Shown here in pieces: positions 19,150-27,509 of a stretch of 64,000 nucleotides of DNA (positions are counted from its first letter, which is position 1; every line of letters begins with the position of its first letter). Both the position numbers and the translations under genes were made by a program. This stretch comes from an uncultured Actinomycetes bacterium (lineage in GTDB: Bacteria > Actinomycetota > Acidimicrobiia > IMCC26256 > PALSA-610), in NCBI GenBank assembly GCA_963781425.1, contig CAWAGX010000011.1, forward strand, positions 10,476 to 74,475, written 5' to 3'. The notes below the pieces were generated by a model. The model searched no databases. It was not told where the DNA came from and worked only from the letters and a program-made list of their open reading frames with translations.

Positions 19150-21553
19150 GTGAGGAGCCGCGACAGATCCGCTGCCGGACTCTGGGCGCGCGCCGATCGT
19201 CGAAAGCGCTGGCGGTCGCTCACTGCCGTCGCGCTGTTGGCCGGCGTGGCGGGCGGTCTCGCGCTCGCGTCGCTGGCCGGCGCCCGCCGGACGAATACCG
19301 CGTTCGAACGCTTGCGCACACGGACTCTCGCGGCCGACGCGATCGTGTTCTCGAGCCAGGTCGGCGAATTCCACCCCGATTGGTCGAAGCTTGCCGCCCG
19401 GCCCGAGGTCGCGACCCTCGCACGTTGGTACTTGACGTTTGGCGTGATCCCGGGACAGGCAGACGAAGGCGTCCTGTTCGGTTCGATCGACGGGGAATGG
19501 GGGACGACCATCGACCGGCCGGTGGTGATGCACGGCCGCATGTACGACCCGCACGCGGTCGACGAGATGGTCATCGACGAGGACACTGCCAAACAGGAAC
19601 ACCTGCGGGTGGGATCCGTCATCCCGTTCCACGCGTACGGACCGCGCCAGGATGACACGAGCGGCGATCCGCCGACCGGCGCGCAGTTGCAGATGCGGGT
19701 CGTCGGCATCGTACGCATGACACCCCAGTTCTTGTTCACGCCGCTCGTGATCCTTTCGCCCGGAGTGCTCACCGCGCACCGCGACGACATCCTCTGGATC
19801 GAGAACGCGTTTGTGCGTCTCCGACCGGGAGGAGGCGGCGTCGCCGCGCTGCAACGGGACGCGAACGCGCTGGTCGCCAACGGCACACCGGTGCTCGACC
19901 TGCGCGCCACCCAACGACGCGTGGACACGACGATCAACGTCGAGCAGTCGGCACTCGTGTTGATTGCGATCGCTATCGCGGCTGCCGGGCTCGTCCTGGT
20001 CGGTCAGATCCTCGGGCGCTCGGCATCGACGATCCGCGGCGATGCCCCGGTGCTGCGGGGCATCGGGATGACGCGACGCGATCTTGCGCTCGCGGGCGCC
20101 CGGGCGCATTCATTCGTTGCGATCGGGGCTGCACTCGGGGTGATCGCGACCGCGGTCGTGGTCTCGCAGTGGTTTCCGGTCGGTCTCGCGGGTCGCGTCG
20201 ATCCCGATCGCGGCGCGCATGCCGATTGGCTCGTGCTCGTCCCCGGCGCGCTCGTCGTCGCCGTGCTCGTGTTCGGTGGTGCGTACCTCATCGCGTCGCG
20301 AGCGGCGCGTACCGAACCGATCCGGAGTGCCGGTCGGCGGGGCGGCGCGCTCGCGCGGGTTCGCAGCCACACGCCGGTCAGCGTGGGTGTCGGTGCGACG
20401 ATGGCGTTCGACCAGCGGCGCGGTCGCGTGGACGTCGCCGTGCGTCCGGCGGTGATCGGTGCGGTGGTCGGCGTGCTCGGTGTGGTCGGCGCGCTCACGA
20501 TCGACCACGGCTTGCGCGACACGCTCGCGCACCCGGAGCGAGCGGGAGTGACCTGGGACGCGACCGTCGCGCCCAAGTCGGGGGACTACGCCGAGCGCGG
20601 CCTGAAGCCGGATCTCACGGCGCGCATCGCGGCCGTTCCCGGCGTGCGGGGTGTCACCGTCGTCGACCGACTGGTCCTCGACGTGAACGGCGTCGGCGTT
20701 CCCGGATTCACGATGCGCCCTCCCACGGCGAATGGCACGCCGATCTCGTTCACGATCATCGAGGGACACGCGCCCGAGAACGCCGACGAGGCTGCAATCG
20801 GACCGGCGACCCAGCGTGACCTGCACGTCGAGGTCGGCGACGTCGTCACGGTCGGAGCCAAACACAGACGCGTGCGGATCACGGGTCGGGCGTTGTTCCC
20901 GTCGGACGTGCACGCGGCGTTCGATCAAGGCATCTGGCTGACCGCTCCGGGCTGGGACACCGTGGTGCCGCCGAACGACCTTGCCGGTGGGATCGAGGCG
21001 TCCGCCGCGCGCGCCGCGAGCCTCGTGGCAGTTCGCTTCGCGGCCGGCGTCGATCACCAGGAGGGGATCGCCCATTTGACCACTGCGCTCGGCGATCGCA
21101 TTGACGGCGTCGCGCCGGCGGAGGAGCCAATCGAGCTGATCAACCTTCGCAACGTGCAACGACTGCCGGAAGTGCTCGCCATCCTCCTTGCGCTGCTGGC
21201 GATCGCGGCCCTGACGTATCTCCTCGTCGCGATCACTCGCGCTCGCGCGGGACTTCGCCGTGTTGCGCGCGCTCGGTTTCACGCCCCGGCAGAGCGGCGT
21301 CGTGGTCGCCGCGGAGAGCACCGCGATAAGTGTCGTCGGCTTGGTGCTCGGCATCCCGATCGGCGCGATCCTCGGGCGAGTGGCATGGCGCCTCATCTCC
21401 GAGCGGGTGCCGCTCCAAGACGTGCCTCCGGTCGCGGCGATCGCGCTCGTCACGATCGTGCCGCTTGCACTCGTCGGGGCCAACCTGCTGGCCGCGTGGC
21501 CGGCGCGGCGCGTCGCTCGCCTCCCGGCCGCCGAAGTCCTGCGGACCGAATAA
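19150..21553 (+). CDS. FtsX-like (MacB-type) ABC permease with two FtsX domains, one frame break, no adjacent ATPase gene
   Basis: The N-terminus RKRWRSLTAVALLAGVAGGLALASLAGARRT is typical of large actinobacterial FtsX-like permeases. The first FtsX block lies around 19950-20300. The C-terminal block (FAVLRALGFTPRQ...LPAAEVLRTE) is in ORF 21260-21553 after a shift near 21240. Confidence 0.75.
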
Positions 21554-21556
21554 CGG

Positions 21557-22009
21557 CTACGTGCGGGCCGCGAGGCCTCGCACCGCGTCGGCGATGTAGG
21601 GCTCTTGGATGTACGTCATCCCGGCTGCTTCGACGACCTCGCGCGCGCGTCGCGACTCGTCGTCAGGGAACCAACACCCCTTTGCGTCGGGTGTGCCACC
21701 CTTGGCGAATCCCGATTGAATCCATAGCGCGGTCGCGCCGAGCGTCTTTGCGACTCGACGATTCCCGCGAGCTCGTCGACCGGTCGGTGCGTGTAGACCA
21801 GATCGGCGTGCTCGGGTGGGGCGCCGAGACGCCGCGTGACAACCTGGCCGTCCCGCAACTCGTACGCCGAAGAGTTGTCCGGCTCCGGACCGCCGTGCTC
21901 AACCGTCGCGTACCCGGCGCGCCGCGAGCGTCTCGGGCACGTCGATGAGCGGCCAATCGACGACCAGCACCGATTTCGCAGTCTCGAGGATCCGCTTGCC
22001 TTCAGTCAT
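21557..22009 (-). CDS. Hypothetical protein, possibly CoA_binding_2-like, frame-disrupted
   Basis: Pieces MTEGKRILETAKSVLVVDWP, ELRDGQVVTRRLGAPPEHADLVYTHRPVDELAGIV and AKTLGATALWIQSGFAKGG...YIADAVRGLAART lie in three frames. The family call is weak. Confidence 0.35.
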
Positions 22010-22074
22010 ACGCGTCCCTTCGCGCTGGTCAACGGCACCGACGCGGGCTATGAAACCGGCCGAGACGAATTTGA

Positions 22075-22530
22075 GTGCGGGTCGTCCCCGGACGCAACAC
22101 CGGTTGCCACCGTTGCCGGCAGGAAGGGAACACGTTGACGAACCCACCGCACGGGTCCCGCCCCTCATTGCGTTGGACGGGCGTGTGCATCGACTGTGCC
22201 GACGCAGACGAGATGGCTCAGTTCTATGAGCGACTGCTCGGATGGGAAGTGCGGAGCCGCGACGGTACCGGTTGGATCGCGATGCGCGACCCGGCCGGAG
22301 GCACCGACCTGTTGCTCCAGGCCGATCCGGCGTACCGCGCGCCGACGTGGCCGGAGCGGCCGGGCGGTCAGGACAAGATGCTCCACTTCGAGATCAAGGT
22401 CGACGACCTCGAAGCGGCGGTAGCCCATGCGGTCGCGTCAGGAGCGCGGCTCGCCGAGTACCAGCCGCAGCCGCGCGTACGGGTCATGCTCGACCCGGCC
22501 GGCCATCCGTTCTGCCTGTACCTGGACTGA
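22075..22530 (+). CDS. VOC (glyoxalase/bleomycin-resistance fold) family protein
   Basis: CIDCADADEMAQFYERLLGWEV...MLHFEIKVDDLEAAVAHAVASGARL...DPAGHPFCL is a typical VOC pattern. The true start may be later, near 22135. Confidence 0.7.
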   Translation: MRVVPGRNTGCHRCRQEGNTLTNPPHGSRPSLRWTGVCIDCADADEMAQFYERLLGWEVRSRDGTGWIAMRDPAGGTDLLLQADPAYRAPTWPERPGGQDKMLHFEIKVDDLEAAVAHAVASGARLAEYQPQPRVRVMLDPAGHPFCLYLD

Positions 22531-22535
22531 CCGCC

Positions 22536-22718
22536 TTATCGCGGCACGTACACGGCGCTGGCGCCACCCAGAAGTGCAGAGACGAGGATCCCGAGCGGCA
22601 GGGACCCCCAGTAGGACAGACCGAGACCGACGTTGCCGAGGAACAACATCAGCAGCCAGGTCGCGGGAAACGTGGCGATCAGAAAGATGGCGAGCGCGGC
22701 GATCAACGCGCGAATCAT
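22536..22718 (-). CDS. Small two-helix membrane protein
   Basis: A 60-aa ORF that is almost entirely hydrophobic (IRALIAALAIFLIATFPATWLLMLFLG...LPLGILVSALLGGA). No homology is recognised. Confidence 0.35.
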   Translation of the reverse strand: MIRALIAALAIFLIATFPATWLLMLFLGNVGLGLSYWGSLPLGILVSALLGGASAVYVPR

Positions 22719-22874
22719 CGGAGCCTCGAATCGTGCCGGCGTTCCCTGTCACGTGCGATGGTCTGGTCCATGGCCGAGCGGTCCTCCCGAGTAGGTAGAG
22801 GCGACGGCGCCATCGTGCGCGTCCACGCCCGTCACGTCCTCATCCGAATTGGGTGAGGACGCGGATCTCAGTAC

Positions 22875-23579
22875 CTACCTACGGCCGGTCAACGTGTCCC
22901 GCGCCTTGTCGACGATGGCTGTCGCGGCGCCGATGAGGATGTTCCCGGGCGGCGTCGAAGGCGCGTTTGGGTGCGGCCGCGTCGGCGCTGACTTCTTGGC
23001 GGCGCGCATCAACGCCGCCATCTCACGAAGTTCGCCTGGTGACGTGTGCTTGCGAAGCCGGCCGAGAATTCCGTCGGACGCTTCTTCTTCCTTGACATGG
23101 TGGCGGACCTCGTCGCGAACGCGCGTCATGAGCTCATCGAACTCGTCGGCCTCCGGCCCGCACTTGTCCAGCTCTGCAAGGACCTTCTTCACCGACTGGT
23201 GCTCGTCGATCGCTTCCTTGACGAGTTGCTCCCCCTTGGGTACGGCCGTGCGCACCTTGGGATAAAGGATCTGCTCTTCGACGGCGGCGTGCACCGAGAG
23301 CTCCTTGATCACGCGTTCGGCGACCTGGCGGCGGCTCTTGAGCGCGCCCGGCCCGAGGTCTCCGTAACGCTTGAAGAGCTGGTTCACCGCGGCGTGATCG
23401 GCCTTGATCAGCGCGATGACGTCGGTCGGCCGCTTGACAGGGCCGGCGGGCGCGGCCTTTGCCCTCCCTGCCACCTTCTTGGTCGCCTTCCGGGTCGCAC
23501 TCTTCGCCTTCGTCGCGCCTTTCGTCTTCGCACGGCTCTTTGCCACCGGACGCGATCGGTTGGTCGACGTTGCCGCCAT
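22875..23579 (-). CDS. Hemerythrin (HHE cation-binding) domain protein with Lys/Ala-rich basic N-terminal tail
   Basis: IKADHAAVNQLF, ELSVHAAVEEQILYP, IDEHQSVKKVL and VRHHVKEEE supply the His/Glu ligands of a hemerythrin four-helix bundle. The first ~50 aa are AKxK-rich and resemble a histone H1/HupB tail. Confidence 0.75.
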   Translation of the reverse strand: MAATSTNRSRPVAKSRAKTKGATKAKSATRKATKKVAGRAKAAPAGPVKRPTDVIALIKADHAAVNQLFKRYGDLGPGALKSRRQVAERVIKELSVHAAVEEQILYPKVRTAVPKGEQLVKEAIDEHQSVKKVLAELDKCGPEADEFDELMTRVRDEVRHHVKEEEASDGILGRLRKHTSPGELREMAALMRAAKKSAPTRPHPNAPSTPPGNILIGAATAIVDKARDTLTGRR

Positions 23580-23661
23580 TGGTATTGACCTCCTGGGAGA
23601 TTGATCGTGGTACGTACGAACTGATCGTCACGAGGTACAGGGTCGTGCCGCCATAGCCTCG

Positions 23662-24297
23662 CTACTTGGACTTGCGCGCGGCCTTCGTGCTCTCGAGCTC
23701 GTCGGCGACGTCACTCACACGACCCTTGGCGGCGAGCGCGTCGCGCTCGTGTTGGAGCGCGTCGCGCTCGGCGGCAATCCGTGTCGTGCGGGCGGCACGG
23801 TCCTCCCGCTCGACGATCTTCTCTTCGATCGCCTCGACCTGAGCCGCTCGCTGGCGCTTGCGTGCGCGCTCTTGGGCGGCGGTGCGCTTCTGCTCCGCGC
23901 GTTCGCGTTCCAGCGCGGCCTCGCGTTGGTCCGCTTGCCGCTGGAGGTCATGACGGTGCTGTTCGTCGGCCTGCCGGCGCTGCTGGAACTCGGCATCGGC
24001 CTGCGTCTTGCGCTGCTCGGCGACGGCGTCCAACTCGACCGCCTTTCGGAGCTGCGCGACCCGCGCCTGGCCGACACGCCCATCCTGGGTGAGCTCGTGG
24101 TCGTGCATGATCGATCCCGCCAGCTGCTTCACCGTCGCTTCGAACGCATCGAACACGATCGCGGGCGGCCACCCGACATCGTGTTCGCCGCGACGGACGA
24201 CCGCCTCGACCGCATCAAGAGGAAGCCGCGCCGTACGCAACCAGGTGCACACGACCGTGCGGGGGATCCGTGCAAGCTGCATCGAACGCATCCTCAT
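23662..24297 (-). CDS. Coiled-coil protein (E/R/A/Q-rich), coupled to the upstream CsbD-like gene
   Basis: ATG 24297 overlaps the upstream TGA (ATGA). The C-terminal ~130 aa are heptad-like charged repeats (ERERAEQKRTAAQERARKRQRAAQVEAIEEKIVERED). Confidence 0.55.
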   Translation of the reverse strand: MRMRSMQLARIPRTVVCTWLRTARLPLDAVEAVVRRGEHDVGWPPAIVFDAFEATVKQLAGSIMHDHELTQDGRVGQARVAQLRKAVELDAVAEQRKTQADAEFQQRRQADEQHRHDLQRQADQREAALERERAEQKRTAAQERARKRQRAAQVEAIEEKIVEREDRAARTTRIAAERDALQHERDALAAKGRVSDVADELESTKAARKSK

Positions 24298-24806
24298 GTT
24301 CCCGTTCGATCTGTCGCCCGGTCGAGAACCTCGGCGGTCGCGCGGGCCTTGTCGGCTTCTTCTTCAATGCGGGCCGCCGCGCCGAGCTGCTCGGCGCGTG
24401 CGGCCGCCGCGCGCGCCTCGTCGGCGTCGAGCACGGCTTGCTGGGTCTGCTCCTGGCGCTTCACGACCGTCTCACGGCGCGCGTGCTCGCGCTCGATGCC
24501 AGCTTCGGTCTCGCGCCGTTCGCGCTCCAGCCTCGCCTCACGCTTCTCCGCCGACTCCTCGGCAACGAGACGCTGCTCCTCGGCTGCGAGCTCACGCTCC
24601 CGAGCGGTGATCTCGGCTCGGGCTCGATCCTGCGCCGCCTCGGCGTCGAGTCGAGCCGCGTCCTCGACGGCGTCCGCCTTGCGTTCGTGCAACTCGCCTT
24701 CGTGTTGCAGCTCCTCATTGCCCATGACCGAGCCGACGACCTGCTTCGCCTTGCCTTTCAGACGCTCGACGAAACCGCCGGCGCCTTCCGTCACGTCCTC
24801 TGACAT
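24294..24806 (-). CDS. CsbD-like stress protein with long charged coiled-coil extension
   Basis: ATG 24806 is preceded by GAGGAG. The N-terminus GFVERLKGKAKQVVGSVMGNEELQHEGELHERKADA matches the CsbD pattern, and an E/R-rich coiled coil follows. Confidence 0.6.
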   Translation of the reverse strand: MSEDVTEGAGGFVERLKGKAKQVVGSVMGNEELQHEGELHERKADAVEDAARLDAEAAQDRARAEITARERELAAEEQRLVAEESAEKREARLERERRETEAGIEREHARRETVVKRQEQTQQAVLDADEARAAAARAEQLGAAARIEEEADKARATAEVLDRATDRTGT

Positions 24807-24926
24807 GAGTCTCCTCGGTGTGGTTGGTCGCCGCTTCCTACCCCCGACGCTCGGCTCCTCACACACTTCTGCAGATGTCTTGCGGAGATATTGCCGAACG
24901 GTGGTGGATGTACTACAACGTGTGCC

Positions 24927-25337
24927 ATGGCCTTTCGAGATGATGCGGAACCGACCGGCACGACCGAGGAAGCGTTGCGGTGGTCTGTGCAGTGCGGAGC
25001 CGACGGGATCGATATCCGGGTCGCCGGCGAGATGGACCTCGCGACCGTCCATCCGTTGGGGCTGGCGCTCACTCGTGCAATCGATGCGAGGCCGGCGACG
25101 GTACGGGTCGACCTTGCCGAGGTGTCGTTCCTGGATTCGAGCGGTGTCCGGTGTCTTGTCGTCGCCGCCGAGCAGGCGGCGGTGGTCGGCGGTCATCTCG
25201 TTGTCCGGAATCCGATGCCTATGGTCCTACGAGTGCTGGAGATTTGCGGCGTCGACGAGTTGTTGTCGGTTGACGGCACAGGTGCCGACGGCCCGGCCCG
25301 GACCGGGAACGGCGCCGCGAGGTCAGACAGTGACTGA
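24927..25337 (+). CDS. STAS-domain protein (anti-sigma-factor antagonist type)
   Basis: IDIRVAGEMDLATV...VRVDLAEVSFLDSSGVRCLV...HLVVRNPMPMVLRVLEICGVDELL is a typical SpoIIAA/RsbV-like pattern that includes the DSSG serine. Confidence 0.75.
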   Translation: MAFRDDAEPTGTTEEALRWSVQCGADGIDIRVAGEMDLATVHPLGLALTRAIDARPATVRVDLAEVSFLDSSGVRCLVVAAEQAAVVGGHLVVRNPMPMVLRVLEICGVDELLSVDGTGADGPARTGNGAARSDSD

Positions 25338-25986
25338 GCAGGGCATCTACAGCATCGGAGCTCTTGCGCGGATGCTCGGGATTTCGCCCACGACGCTTCG
25401 CTCGTGGGAAGAACGCTACGGCGTTGTGGTTCCCGAACGGAGCGCGGGATCGCAGCGCCTGTATTCCCGCGACCAGTTGGATCAGCTGCAGTTCGTGTGC
25501 CGGCAGATGGGACTCGGACTGAGCGCGGCCGACGCGCATCGCGCGCTCGCAGAACGGCTGGCCGCCGGCAATCCTCGATTCGCCACCGACCGAGACGAGC
25601 CCGCGGAACGGAGAATCCTGCTCGTGGAACGTGATCCGTACGCCGCGGAGCTCGCGGAGTACTTCCTGCGCACCGAGGGCTACGACGTTGACGTTGCCCG
25701 CTCGATTCCGGATGCCGAACGACTGATCGGCGAAGAAGTCGTCGACCTGGCCATCATCGATCTGATGATCGGCGGCGGTGCAGGCTTGGGACTCTGTCAG
25801 CGCCTGGGCGACACGCTGCGGGTACTCGCAGTGTCGGCTCTTGACCAGCGTGAGCGCGCGATTGCCGGCGGGGCCGACGCCTTCATCCGCAAACCCTTCG
25901 AGCCTCTGACGCTGGTCTCCACCGCAAGGGACCTCGTCGGAACGAGCGCGACGGTCCGCGAAGTGCAGCGAGTCTCGACTGAATGA
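25330..25986 (+). CDS. MerR-type HTH fused to a response-regulator receiver domain
   Basis: GTG 25330 overlaps the STAS stop by 8 nt. YSIGALARMLGISPTTLRSWEERYGVV..RSAGSQRLYS is a MerR HTH. The receiver domain shows RILLVERDP, DLAIIDLMI, LAVSA and FIRKPF. Confidence 0.75.
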   Translation: MTEQGIYSIGALARMLGISPTTLRSWEERYGVVVPERSAGSQRLYSRDQLDQLQFVCRQMGLGLSAADAHRALAERLAAGNPRFATDRDEPAERRILLVERDPYAAELAEYFLRTEGYDVDVARSIPDAERLIGEEVVDLAIIDLMIGGGAGLGLCQRLGDTLRVLAVSALDQRERAIAGGADAFIRKPFEPLTLVSTARDLVGTSATVREVQRVSTE

Positions 25987-27377
25987 TGGAACGCGTCACG
26001 AGTGGTCACGACCGGCTCGACCGGCTGCTGGACGGCGGCCTTCCTGCCAACGGGATCAACCTCATCATCGGCCACCCCGGGAGCGGTAAGACGATCCTGG
26101 CCGAGCAGTACATGTTTCACAATGCGCGACCGGACTCGACGGGCCTGTACCTGTCAACGGTGTCCGAGCCGTTCGACAAGGTTCTGAGGTACGCAGAGTC
26201 GCTGTCCTTCTTCGATCAGGACGCGATCGGAACGTCGGTCTTCTACGACGACCTCGGCGAGACCGTCGATCGCGACGGTCTCGACGGTGTGCTCGACCAC
26301 ATTGACCACATCCTCAAGGAGCTACAGCCCGGCTTCGTGGTGATCGACAGCTTCAAAGCGCTTCGGTCCTTCGCCCCGGACGAAGCAATGTTCAGACGAT
26401 TCCTGCACAATCTTGCAGGCAGGCTGACCGCCGTCGCCGCAACGACCATGTGGATCGGAGAGTACGACCGCGCGCAGGCGGCGGACGCGCCGGAGTTCGC
26501 GGTCGCCGATTCCATCATCGCCTTGGCCGCGAAGCGCACCGCCGAGCGCGAGCTGCGTGTGCTCCAGGTGCTGAAGCTCCGCGGCAGCGCATTCCAATCA
26601 GGCGAACATGCATATCGCATCAGTGCCGACGGCCTCGACGTATTCCCGCGTCTGGCCGACGACCTCGATACCAGCGACTACGAGCTTGGCGACGACCGCG
26701 TCTCTACGGGCATCCCAGCCCTCGACGAGACGCTCGGCGACGGCTACTGGCCCGGCGCGGTGACCCTGATCTCGGGCCCAACCGGAGCAGGGAAGACACT
26801 CATCTCGCTGCACTTCTTGTTCCACGGTGCGAAGAGCGGGGAACCCGGCGTCCTCGCGACGTTCCAGGAGAACCGCACGCAGCTCGCGCGCATCACTACC
26901 GGCTTCGGCTGGGACATCGAGAGCTCGGACGTGCACGTCCTGAGCCGTTCACCCGTTGACCTCTACGTCGACGAATGGGTCTACGACCTTCTCGCGCTCA
27001 TCGACCAAACGGGTGCCCGACGAGTCGTGGTCGACAGTCTCGGCGACCTCATGTTCGCGTCTCCCGACAACATCCGCTTCCGAGAGATGATGTATTCCCT
27101 GTCCCAACGTCTCTCCCGACGCGGGATCAGTCTCATGATGACCCACGAGAGCATCGAGCTCTTTCACGTGACGCGCCTTTCTGAAATCGGCATGTCACAC
27201 ATCGCCGACAACGTCGTGATGCTGCAGTACCTGCGAACCGAATCGCAGGTCAAGCGCGCGCTCCTCGTGCTGAAGACTCGCGCCAGCGCCCATCACCCCG
27301 AAATTCGCGAGTTCCACATACGCCCCGAAGGCATCGTCCTCGGCGAGACGTTCGGCGCCGACCAACAGTTCGACTAA
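25983..27377 (+). CDS. Double-domain KaiC-like RecA-superfamily ATPase
   Basis: ATG 25983 overlaps the upstream TGA (ATGA). Intact 464-aa ORF with two Walker A loops (GHPGSGKT, GPTGAGKT) and two Walker B strands (FVVIDSF, RVVVDSL). TGIPALDETLGDGYWPG and KTRASAHHPEIREFHI are KaiC/COG0467-like. Confidence 0.8.
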   Translation: MMERVTSGHDRLDRLLDGGLPANGINLIIGHPGSGKTILAEQYMFHNARPDSTGLYLSTVSEPFDKVLRYAESLSFFDQDAIGTSVFYDDLGETVDRDGLDGVLDHIDHILKELQPGFVVIDSFKALRSFAPDEAMFRRFLHNLAGRLTAVAATTMWIGEYDRAQAADAPEFAVADSIIALAAKRTAERELRVLQVLKLRGSAFQSGEHAYRISADGLDVFPRLADDLDTSDYELGDDRVSTGIPALDETLGDGYWPGAVTLISGPTGAGKTLISLHFLFHGAKSGEPGVLATFQENRTQLARITTGFGWDIESSDVHVLSRSPVDLYVDEWVYDLLALIDQTGARRVVVDSLGDLMFASPDNIRFREMMYSLSQRLSRRGISLMMTHESIELFHVTRLSEIGMSHIADNVVMLQYLRTESQVKRALLVLKTRASAHHPEIREFHIRPEGIVLGETFGADQQFD

Positions 27378-27509
27378 CGGCGAAGCCTTGACCCCACACC
27401 TGAACTGAGGAAGGGTTTCGAACTGGGTCCGCCGAAAGAGTGGGGTTGATCACTCGTGGTTCGCGGCAAGTTCGAGCTCTTGCGCAAGTAGACGTTCGCA
27501 ACTGGCGCA

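Noticed and set aside
27378-27509. Hairpin-like complementarity (ACCCCAC ... GTGGGGT) after the KaiC-like gene as a terminator.
   Set aside because: The stem is only 7 bp with a ~40-nt loop and no U-tract, which is too weak to call.
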